Positions 13,601 through 25,600 of a DNA stretch of 64,000 bases are shown piece after piece. Position numbers and translations under genes: made by a program. Positions within the stretch are counted from its first letter, which is position 1. Each line of letters starts with the position of its first letter. Source of the stretch: Lytechinus pictus (taxonomy: Eukaryota). The notes below the pieces were generated by a model, which searched no databases, was not told where the DNA came from, and saw only the letters and a program-made list of their open reading frames with translations. The stretch covers positions 5,954,001-6,018,000 of the forward strand of contig NC_087246.1 in assembly GCF_037042905.1 (NCBI RefSeq), read 5' to 3'.

Positions 13601-16600
13601 ATCGAAACTTTACTCACCATGAACCAATGCAATTGGGAATTAATCATATTGTTAGATGGGCATTTCACCAATGATACATTACAAAATCAATATGTGACTC
13701 TGATTTTTAAGTATCTGTTTCATGTTAGCCTTCCCCTTTTAACGTGATGTCAATACGATCTGATAACTTACCAGTTACCCATTCTTGTCTATTTCTAGGA
13801 TCTGATGCATTAAGCTCATAGCGTCTCTTTGAGTTGATCTGTGAGGTGTCTGCTGAATACACTGTGAATAAGTTCTTATTACCTTTCAGTTCAGGAAGTA
13901 CCTAGAATGACATTTAAAAAAAAATCAAATTCAAAGAATTTTGTTAGAACTGATCCTAAAGGTGTATTCTGTGCATTCCTTTCATTTGTTTTATGATACA
14001 ATAGACTCAACCTTCCAAGAGTCAAATAATTACCTAACTTAAAGAATTATTGGCAGACCAGAACAAAACAGGTGATATTTCTTCTATTTACATGTACATG
14101 TATTAAAGTCAAATATATTTCTTGTCCGAAGAGATTCGACTTTGCCAGAGTTATCTGTATAGCGTAGTTCATATTTTATTTGGTTAGCTTTATTCTACTT
14201 TACAAAGGACATGTTGTTGTTAATAATGTTCACATAAGTTAATAGTCACAATATTTCTTGTTTTCAGATAATTCTCCATGATCTTGATATGTTCGCAATA
14301 TGTTTGCAGATTTATGATAGGTAATTATTCAAATAAAGTGTCTTAAACATAATGCTATTAATGAGCCATGACTACCTACTTTATCAAACAACCGCCAAAA
14401 TCAGAGCCTTAGTTGTTGAACTTGAAGTTAATGCAAACAGTGGATTCAATGTCATACATTTAAAAAATACTTTACAGGTGAATTTTTAACCTTCAATCCA
14501 AATTTATCACCTTAAAGTTATGTATCAATTTAGTTTCATTTATAGTTTGACTTGAAAAAAGTTATATGTATAAAACTTACTAGTTCCAGCAAAAATATCA
14601 CAGCCAGTGTATAATCAAACAAATCAATTTAAGAAACAATTATCAGTTTCTTATCTTGAATTGAATTTGATCCTGAACTTCACGAGAACAATTCTTCCAC
14701 TTGACCTTTATAGGCAATGCAAAGGGGATTTCCCTAAATATGATCAGTTGATACAACCTACTGCATTGCACTGTTTGTATAAAACCCATTTGTGATCTCT
14801 ATCTACAGGACTACATATAAATATATATTCTTAGTTATAGTAAAATACTTTTGCCTGGGACATTTAATTTGGAAGCAATTAGAAACTGTTCCAATTCATG
14901 TGACATGCGCCTCACACTTTCATTGGCATGAGAGGCTCGTCATGTAGGCAAATAAACTTCACAGTAAAATACATGCAAATGTACTGTATGTATGTAACAC
15001 AATGGAGCCCCTGAGGTGGCATCATGCATTCTGACATGTTTTGTTTTTGTTTTTCTTAACGCATTCCCACAAGTTATTAAAGGCAACCACAACCTTACCA
15101 CTGGTACACATTCTGATTTTGGAGCAAATTGCATTTTTCTCATCTTCTAGAAATGAAAAGTATCTTTTTCTTTGAGGTTCAAATAAGTTGTAAGAATACT
15201 AATATAACAATTTTTTATTATTGCAAGCCTATATTTTGGATTAAAGGTCAAATGAGTTTCCAATTGTTCAACTGCTATGGCGTCATTATGGCTAGATATT
15301 TGACTCGCCTTTATTCTAATACCGATGACAGTATAGTCACAGATTTGAAGATCGACATTCGTAAAATGATTTAAAACATTACACAGTAAGATATTCCACG
15401 TCTCAATATCATCATCAGATTCTATTACAATTTATTCTGAAATCGGATCAGTTGTGAGGTGTGTGGTGGCCTTGACTCATTCCCTCAACGTATAACTCAT
15501 TCCCTCAACGTATAACTCATTCCCTCAACGTATAACTAATTCCCTTAACGTATAACTCATTCCCTCAACGTATAACTCATTCCCTCAACGAATAACTCAT
15601 TCCCTCAACGTATAACTCATTCCCTCAACGTATAACTCATTCCCTCAACGTATAACTCATTCCCTCAACGTATAACTCATTCCCTCAACGTATAACTCAT
15701 TCCCTCAACGTATAACTCATTCCCTCAACGTATAACTCATTCCCTCAACGTATAACTCATTCCCTCAACGTATAACTCATTCCCTCAACGTATAACTCAT
15801 TCCCTCAACTTATAACTCATTCCCTCAACGTATAACTCATTCCCTCAACGTATAACTCATTCCCTCAACGTATAACTCATTCCCTCAACTTATAACTCAT
15901 TCCCTCAACGTATAACTCATTCCCTCAACTTATAACTCATTCCCTCAACGTATAACTCATTCCCTCAACGTATAACTCATTCCCTCAACGTATAACTCAT
16001 TCCCTCAACGTATAACTCATTCCCTCAACGTATAACTCATTCCCTCAACGTATAACTCATTCCCTCAACGTATAACTCATTCCCTCAACGTATAACTCAT
16101 TCCCTCAACGTATAACTCATTCCCTCAACGTATAACTCATTCCCTCAACGTATAACTCATCCCATGACTTACAACTATAAACCGAGTAAACAAATATTTA
16201 AGTTGAGGGAACAAGTTAGTATTAAACTGGAGGGAATAAGTTATAATTCTAGGGATGAAAGTCGAGGGAAATGTTATGACGAGGGAACAAGTTGTAAGTC
16301 GAGGGAATAAGTTAGTAACTCATGTCATGTCATCTTCGGGGCTCTGTACAACCACCCAATTTCTTATAATAATAAATGACTGAGACATAATTAGCTGGTT
16401 ATATTCAAGTTGCTCATTAAGTCATCCATAACTATACATGCAACCCAAGTACAAAAACTGCATCTGAATTTCTTAAAAGCGTGTTAATGAATAAAAAGTT
16501 ACCTCAACTTTCCAATTCTTAGTTATAGGAATTTCCCCTTTCTGATCCTTGAGTGTCTTGTCTACATAGTATGCAATACAACCAGGTTTAAGGACAAACC

Positions 16601-19600
16601 ATCTCTCCTTCCAGCTAGCTACTTTATGACCTTTCTTCTTCAATGTACCCTGTAGACAAAAACAAACAAGAATTCATGTGACTTCACTTTAATACACTGA
16701 AATCCATTTAAGGTCTATGGTGGAATGTCCAAGCCTGTATTGTTATTTTTTCTTAAATAATGAGATATTTTACATACACATAAAATGCTAATATGCATAG
16801 TGCACTGGATCAAGCTCCTAGAATGTTAATTTTTAAAGCAAATAGTCTTTGAAGCATTCCTATTAATTGCGTTTGAAATAAAACTCAGTTTGAAATTGAC
16901 TGATGACTTTCTTTTTCATTTCTTTGTTTTTATGTTATTTTCCCCAAATTTATTGCAGATCAATTTCAGCCAACAAAAAGTATCACATGTGACCTGCAGT
17001 CCCTAAAATCAACAATAAGTTGCCCAAAATGAATTTTGAGATTTCAATCGAGTTTTAAAAAGCATATCCTAAGCTTTACAATGATAAATAACTTGTCAGA
17101 ATTGATCACCAATATCCCTCACAAGTAGAATGCAGAAGAAGCTTTAACAAGAGCTTCAAAAAAATATGAATAAAACAATGTTTGAATTTCAGGCTTCACT
17201 CAAGCATGAGTTGTGCACATTGTGCAATTTGTGTCAAAAGGAAATCTTGTATTTTTTTATTCACCTTTACAACTTGAAATTTTGACAGTCTGAAGAAGAA
17301 TTACGCGTAACTTTTTTTCTCAATTTTTGCTTTAGGAAACCAAATTACTATATTGGCAATTTACAGAGAACCTTCACTGGCAACTTATTTTGTTCTAGGG
17401 TGGCTGCATGGTCACACATCTTTATGAAGAAGGTACCGTAGGACACTTCATATGAACTAACTACACAAATTCACTTTTGGAACAAATTTAGGTCTGACCA
17501 TATTTGATTTTATATACCTGTAATAATGTTGCATAATTTTGGGGCTCTGTACATGGGCATCACAAATTTGATCTCAAATAATGCACAACTGCCACAAGAC
17601 TAGTAAATGGTGTGGTATAAACATTTCACACGGAGGAGGTTGATTCATCCTCCCTCTTGCTATTTTAGTGTTAAGGCCAAAGACAGACATCAATTTGACC
17701 AAGTATTATACCCCTTTCATAAACCCAATTATGCGGCTAATAGCAGCATAATTTGGTCGTAAAATTGGAGGAGGACCAGAGTTATCCGCATTATTTTGAT
17801 GCTGCTATTATCCGCATAATAGCAGCATCGGGACAAGATTTTGAGTTTATGAACGCATTTCCAAGTAATGCGGATAATTGCCATGGTGCGGTCACAAGGT
17901 CACCCTTTTCCAACACAACCGCATCGGAGGGGGCGTGTCCAGTTGTCATGACGGGCGCTCGTAAAAATAATGCGGCTTATTTTCGGAGTTTGTGAACGCA
18001 ATTTTTACTGAATTATCCACATTACTCTTAGGCGGCTAATTGGAGGCTAGGTTTATGAAAGGGGTATAAGAGCCGTCTGTGTCACAATCTCCAAGATTTC
18101 TTTTGAAAATGTGCCTCTGTTACTATCTAGATTTGTGTTTTGGTCAAATACAGTATTTTTATAATATTGATTGATCCATTCCATAGTTTGATGGAGTAAC
18201 TACTGCCTACACTTATTTTGCAATGAAATCAGAAGAAAAAAGATGATATCAGTAATTAAGTGCAATGTGAAATCAAAATTATTTCTTTTGTGCATTGTCT
18301 ATGTCATATGAAGATGAAACCTACATGTAGTATTAAAAGTTTCGACTTTTTATAGGCAGAAAATTTAGGCCAGTGTGAACAGGAAAAAATATAGTAATGG
18401 GATACCATGGGGTTAAAGATAACCAGGGGTTAACAATAGAGGTTCAGAAACTGCCATGGGGAAAGAGGTATTGGAGATAAACAGAAGACAGGATATCATT
18501 GTTTTAACAATCATGACTGGAATTAGAAGATAAAATGTAAATCTAGGACAAAGCCAAAGAGGAATTATGTTTGCTAAAATACACTTCCTCAATACATTTG
18601 ATATTAAATGTAGGCCTATATCAAGTTATCAACTTTCTTTTATGACACAAGTATCATACATTGTAGCAGGAGCGGATCCAGGATTTTTCAAAGGGGGGGG
18701 GGGCACATTTTCCCGAAAAATTTGACAAGCAAAAAAAAGCAAAAAAAAGCTTTTTAACCAAAAATTAAGGACATTTCATTCTCTAAAAAGTTTGACAAGC
18801 AAAAAAAAAAATGTCTTCACTTTCAAAGGGGGGAGGGCACACTTCTCTGTTTTAAAGGCATTTCTACATTACAAATTTTAATTATGCCTCTCAAAGGGGG
18901 TGGGGGCACTGGCCGGCTTTGCCCCCCCCCCTGGATCCGTCGGTGCATTGTAGATCAGAATTTGATAAGGAATTGGTTCAGATGGGATAGCTTAAATAAC
19001 ATGAAGTACTAGTAGTATAAAATTCAAATTTTAATTTAATCAAATGGCGAATTCATTCATACAGGGAAGGCTGTTAAAAGATGCATGATCCAATTATAGT
19101 GGAATTTTAAAAATGTAATAAAGTACTTCATAGCAGCTTTCCTGCATTCCCTATGGTTTGTCTATTTACATTATCATATCATTTTATATCATCTGTCTGA
19201 GTGTTTATAAGGATGAAAAGACTCAGGCCTGCAGGATTCCTGTATAACTGCTGTACTACAAGACTGATGATTCTCATATCATCAATTAATTATTTCCATT
19301 TTAACGGCCATGATTCTCCAAATCAAATTGAATATTAATAGAAATTTGAATCAATGTCAATGGAAACTCTGTATGTTACACCCTTCTATGCAATGTAAGG
19401 TTTCTACTATTAAAGGGGTACTCCGGGCTGAAGATATTTATATCTAAAAAAAATAGAGTGAAATTCACAGAGCAAAATGATGAAAATTTCATCAAAATTG
19501 GACAACAAATAACAAAGTTATTGAATTTTAAATTTAGCAATATTTTGTGAAAATAGGCCTATATGCACGTCATCATGAATATTCATTAGGTGAGCTGATG

Positions 19601-22600
19601 TCACATCCCCACTTTCCTTTTTCTAGTGTTATGAAATGAAATCATAATTGTTTCATTTTTCATACAATAGTGAATAATGTATCTCCTTTATAATGCAGTT
19701 AGTGGCAGCAATTAACAGCAAATACACAATTCAGTTGTCAATCCAATTTTTTCAGTTCATGGTAAAAAAAATTGAATAAACCTGATTTCATATAATAAAA
19801 TACAAAAAAGAATAAGTGGGAATATGACATCATCAATTTGCTCACTGAATATTCATGAAGACATGCCTAGAACTGTTTCACCGGAATAATGCAAATCTTT
19901 AAAATGCCTTAACTTTGTTATTCCTTGTCTGATTTTGATAAAATTTTCAGTGTTTTGATTGTCTGATTTTTCTTTATCTGTTTAAATCATATTATTTTCA
20001 GCCTGGAGCATCCCTTTAAAGGACAAAAATACTTTTTAAAAAGCAATATCAGGCGATATGATCTGCAGTCTTACATGTATATATGCAAAGAATCGTTTAT
20101 GGTTGTCATAGTAGTAAACTACATGTAAGTATCAGTATGGATGTATAAAAAAAAGGCAAACAAACTTTAACCATAAAAACCCATATCAACAATCATGTAT
20201 TCAAAGTACAAACCTGTAGTAATTCATAACATTTGAAATGTAATCTTGTATGCAATGTACTGTTCAAAGTCCAATGAATTCATTCCCAAACAAGATAATA
20301 CAGGCAGAGTTCTTTGAGGTGACACAGCCATCACCACCCAAACTTGGCATTTTGCTTCCGCTTACTAAAGTAAACTGTTTAGCTTGCATGGATTTTTTCA
20401 AAAGGAAAATTCATAATTTTTTGGAAGTGAGAACTAGGATATTATGAAAAAATGAACCCACTGTGCCCTCTGGATCATGAAATCCTGGATCTGCCAGTCC
20501 GGGGAAGGGGGGGGGGGCACTCAAATTATTTTTTGATGGGGGTGTGCCTCACGAAACTCTGAAATGGGGGAATAAGGAACTGACTACAAGCATAGAATAC
20601 GGGGTCTTGGGAACTAAATATATACCGCGCGGTGTGAACTACAGGGTCTACGGGACGGGATCGGCATGGAGCGACTACTTGTTATGGAGGGAGTCGCAAA
20701 GCCGTGCGTGCATCTTTTGCATGTGGCGCTGACTGAGATGACTCGTAACGGGGGTCTTGCGAGCGGGGCTGGGCGACTTCTGAACTGAAACTTTGTCATT
20801 CCAAGTATCTAAAGAACTGAAAATTAGGTCTGAAAAAAGGGGGTCATCAAAGCGGCACGTCCCCGTACCACCAATATAGTAGGCTGAGCAGAGTTGATGG
20901 CAACTTCCTGGTGGAGTGGAAGTATATATTGCTGTTACTCACAGGTAACCGCAGGTCAGGAAGTTGTTAGGAAGGAACTGTATCGGGGGGGGGGGGGCAC
21001 TCTCATAAATTGGTGATACGGGGACGGACGTGCTTTGATGGCCCCCTTTTTCAGACCTAATTTTCAGTTCTATAGATACTCCAAATGACTAAAGTTCAGT
21101 TCAGAAGCCGCCCAGCCCCACGCCCCCTGTTATACGAGATATCTCAGTTCCCCAGCCCTGCCAAAATTGTCAAGCTCAAGCACCGCATGCGAGAGATGCA
21201 CGTACGGCTTCTTAACTCCCTACATATATAGTAGTCGCTCCTTACATGGCTAGCGCATGCACAGCGCTATCCCGTACCGTAGACCCTGTTTTCACACCAT
21301 GCAGTATATATTTAGTTCCCATTGGGAACTAAAAGGGTAAAGTACAGGGTCTTGGGAACTTCCCAAGACCCTGTACTTTACCCTTTTTTAGTCGTTCCTT
21401 AGACCTCCATTTCAGAGTTTCTTGCGGCACACCCTCATCAAAAATTAATCTGAGTGCCCCCCCCCCCCAGGAGCTGTACATGCAAAACGTATTGATGGGG
21501 TTTGTATATGGAGTTGTGATTTGTAACACTGATTCCACTCAGCTTTGAACTTCCATGCAGCATACCATACAATTTTTCTGCCGAGGTTACAGAAGCCCAG
21601 TATCAGTCTCAAATTCATAAAAAGCATTGGTCAAATTGCAATATGAATTATTAAGCTCATACATGGTTTGATAGGACAAAAGAACTTCTCAAATTTAGCA
21701 CTATGCCTATCTCATAATCTGTGTACCAGTCAGATAAAAAGAGAAGTCCTAAAGAAGTCAAGAAGTCCTAAAGTTGATGAAATGCTCCCCTCATTGAGCC
21801 CTGCCCATGCTGTAAAATGGGGGATCATACAAGTAGCTACTGTGAAAGAGACTAAAGAGTATTCATCCTAAAGATGCAGCATGTGACAAAGCTGCTGCAT
21901 AGACAATGAGCAGCATTCATCTTATAAATGCAGCAAAAACTTCAATCAAAGCCCATCTCTAATTTTAATTGGTAAAGTATCAATAATGTGAATTATACTT
22001 TTGAGTATCACCAAACGTTGCAATCTTAGAAAAGTGCAGTGGCTGTTAAATAATTTTTTTCAGCCATTCATTCTTTGTGAAATAATGAACTTTTTACTTC
22101 CAAATATCAAAATGCACTTGGTACATGCATTTAATGTCTTAATTTTTTTTTTAGGGAAAAAAGGGTTTTGAATACTTGACTTACAATACTGATTGGATAT
22201 CAGTACGCTACAAAGACTACATCCTTATATTTTCATCCTATTCCATACTGGAGAAGTGGATTTATATCAATATAAGAAAAGGAAAAAAATATGCAGATTT
22301 TTTTTATTATGATCAGACACTTGTTCTTAAATCATGATACACATCCAATAACATTTTTATTACACATCATCCACAAAATACATTAGGTCTGCATACATGT
22401 TCATATAATGTGTATTAATGATCTTGAACCCCAAAAACAGACACTTTCAGGGGATTTATTAATAACTAAAACTTATAAAGAGGCATTAAATCACCATCAT
22501 CATCATCTGAACTCACCATTTTTTCCACCTCTTCTATCGTATTATTGTAGACCTCTGAGATGCCAACTTGGACACACATCTTGTCGACTTTACCCGTGTA

Positions 22601-25600
22601 TTGCTGTTCAAAAAACTTTAAGCAGTTTGTGAATGTCAGAGTTTGAAGCATTGCGATGTGAGAGTGGAATTCTGTTAAACTCCACTTCATTCCCATAGCA
22701 ACAACAAGTTTCTCAAACATGATAGCTGCTTCCTATGAGGAAAATAGAACACCAGGAGATTGATTTATTGCAAAAAAAAACACTTCCCTGTGAATGTAGT
22801 AGATCTTAGATCTTATAATAACTAACAGCTAATATACCGTACCAATTAGTCATTTTGCAAAGACAGTGTGCAAGTGTGCTGAAGTTTCAAATATTGATCA
22901 ATGTAATTATGCACGCACATGAAATTCATCTCCGAAGGTCCTTATACAGGAAATGTTACAAGCTTATTCTAGTATGTATATTAAAAACATATAAATCACT
23001 TCTGTCTTTGGTATGAATAATTTTGTAGTATGAAGTAGGATGCAAAAATAGTATGAATTAAATCAGGTCATCTGATGTTCCCTTTCAAATAATTTCTTTC
23101 CTGAATACCTTTTCAATTATTATTATTCAAAACTGTACCCTATTTAACAATATATATACTCAATCAAGTTGCTCTTAAAATGTTGATAAACTGTTGTCTT
23201 TGTGGAAGGATTTCCTGGCAGCCTTGGTTTGTCAATATATCACAAAACCAGAGGCCTGATCAAAATATTTAGGTAAAATACATATGATACTTTTTATCAT
23301 AATTATTCGTTTCTGAAAAAGAAAATTGGGTGGCGAGTTGCAAAGTTGTCTGAAACAACTCTCTGTCTCTCTGAGACCAGGTCTTCACCATTATCATCAT
23401 CATAATCATGTCAACTAATTAACGTATTGTCATTACATTATAGTACGAAAATGTGACACAAAACAATGCTGTTATCAGCAACAGACTCAAGGCAGATTAC
23501 CTGTGGATCCAGAACAACTGGGAATACTGGCTCAGCAAAGAAATTGAAGATTCTCCACAACTTGTACACATCTCTATTGTCCAGGACATTCTTATTTCTC
23601 GGCCCATAACATCTCCCACAGATCATCCAAGATACTTCCTCCAGCTTCACCAGGTCCATGTTTTCAAGGACAAGAAACTGTTCTTTTCTCAAGAATTCAC
23701 GGTAGTCATTGAAGCCAATGGATTGATGATCCTCAAATAGCTCCATAAGACGCTTGGCTATGGCATTGCTGTTCTCAGCCCCTAGTGAGTTGCCAATATG
23801 AGCAGTCAGGACCTGATTGCATTAAGAAACGATACCATAAAGCAATGGTTCAATCCTTGATATTGACAAAACTATAACATTGTTTATTTTCCTTTGTATT
23901 CTTGAAAAATGAACTGCATTTTTCGTATATATTATAACCCTGCATTTCACAGACCTGTAAAAGTGTAAGTTAATTTCACACTATTTAGTCATGTGGACTT
24001 ACAAATGGGGAATGGGGGGGGGGGGGGGGGGTGAATAGAAAACATTGAAAACAGATTGTTGATTTTTCTAGATAATGACAAATGTCATCAATTGTTTATT
24101 TGGCATTTTCAGATAGTATGACTATTCCAGACATTCATAGCAGAGCTTCAAGTATGATCACATGATATGGAAATCTGTCCATTTTTCTTTTTTTTTAATA
24201 GCAACATACATGTACCTTGGTTCATCAACTGGATTATCCTTCTCCTTGAAGGAGCCCCACCCCCCCCCCCCCCCCCATTATTACTGAAAATAACCTGAAT
24301 TGGCAAATCAGAAACATTCATACTTGCAAATTTGCACAAGGATGTAACTTGTGTGGCATGTTAGGAATTACATATAATATATGTAGACAGCTTTAAAGGG
24401 GTACTCCCGGCTGAAAATAACATGATTTGAACTGATAAAGAAAAACAAGACAAACAAAACACTGAAAATTTGATTAAAACGAACACGGAATAACAACGTT
24501 ATAATACAGATTTGCATTATTTTGGGCAAACATTTCTGTAAATGACTTCATGAATATTCAATGAGCAAACTGATGATGTCATAACCCCACATGTTCTTTT
24601 GTATTTAATTGTAAATATATGAAATGTTTTAGTCAATTTTTCCCAAAAAACTAAAAAAGTTGGATTGACAACTGATTAAATGCATTAGATATTCATTGCT
24701 GCAACTTTTCTTTTTATAAATAAGGGAAACATATCATTCACACTTGTATGAAAAAATGAAATAATTCTGATTTCATATAGAAAAGGAAATTGGGGGTGTG
24801 TATCATCATCAGCCCACCTACATATGAATATTCATGATGACATACATAACTGTTTTCACAAAATATTTTTGGCCCAGAATACCCCTTTAAAATCAACTAT
24901 AATTTTTTTCCTGCCAGTAAATATTTAATTGTTTCCGTGACCAAACCTACATCATTGCACTTGAGCAGGTCTAACCAATATGATCAGTATTGATATAAGG
25001 ACTTCCTATCTGTCTATCAATGGGTTTTCAAAAAGCAATTTATAGTAAAAAGAGCTCTTGTGAATGTTCACATTTCATCACTTGGGCAACACATCAATCT
25101 AATTGCTGGGCTCATGTAGGTTAGGATAGCAAGTTGTGAGTACTGAGTATAAAACTTCTTAAATAATTTCATGTAAACAAAAATAAATAAATGTGCACCA
25201 AAAATAATTTAAAATTTGTAATAGATTTCTTAGAGGGTCCACAGTGCATGATATACAGATCACTGTATTTCATAAATTGGTTCCAAACACGATTGAAGAG
25301 TATAGGCCTACCTCTTACACTTGCACAAAATTGTACTCTTTGAAAAGCTTTTTTTTTCTCAAGATATCACCTAAAAAGTTGTTCCATTCAACATTAGTAC
25401 AGGCTGGAATCTACAACAAGTGGAACGGCAGTCTCGCCTGCATTACGCGATTTAATATAGCAGCAGTGCTAACTTTGAAAACTACTATTAAGTAATCATT
25501 CACAAAAACACCATTCATATAATGACATAATACCACGTTCATTGACCATAAATGACATTTGAACGGTGACTTAAGACTTGTCAACTACACCCATGTCCAC

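Noticed and set aside
15475..16160. CRISPR-like array
   Set aside because: Units abut with no unique spacers, the context is a eukaryotic intron, and no cas genes are present; it is a minisatellite
17753..17995. 80-aa ORF as a transposase
   Set aside because: Lies within a 354-bp non-autonomous MITE; no DDE or DNA-binding motifs
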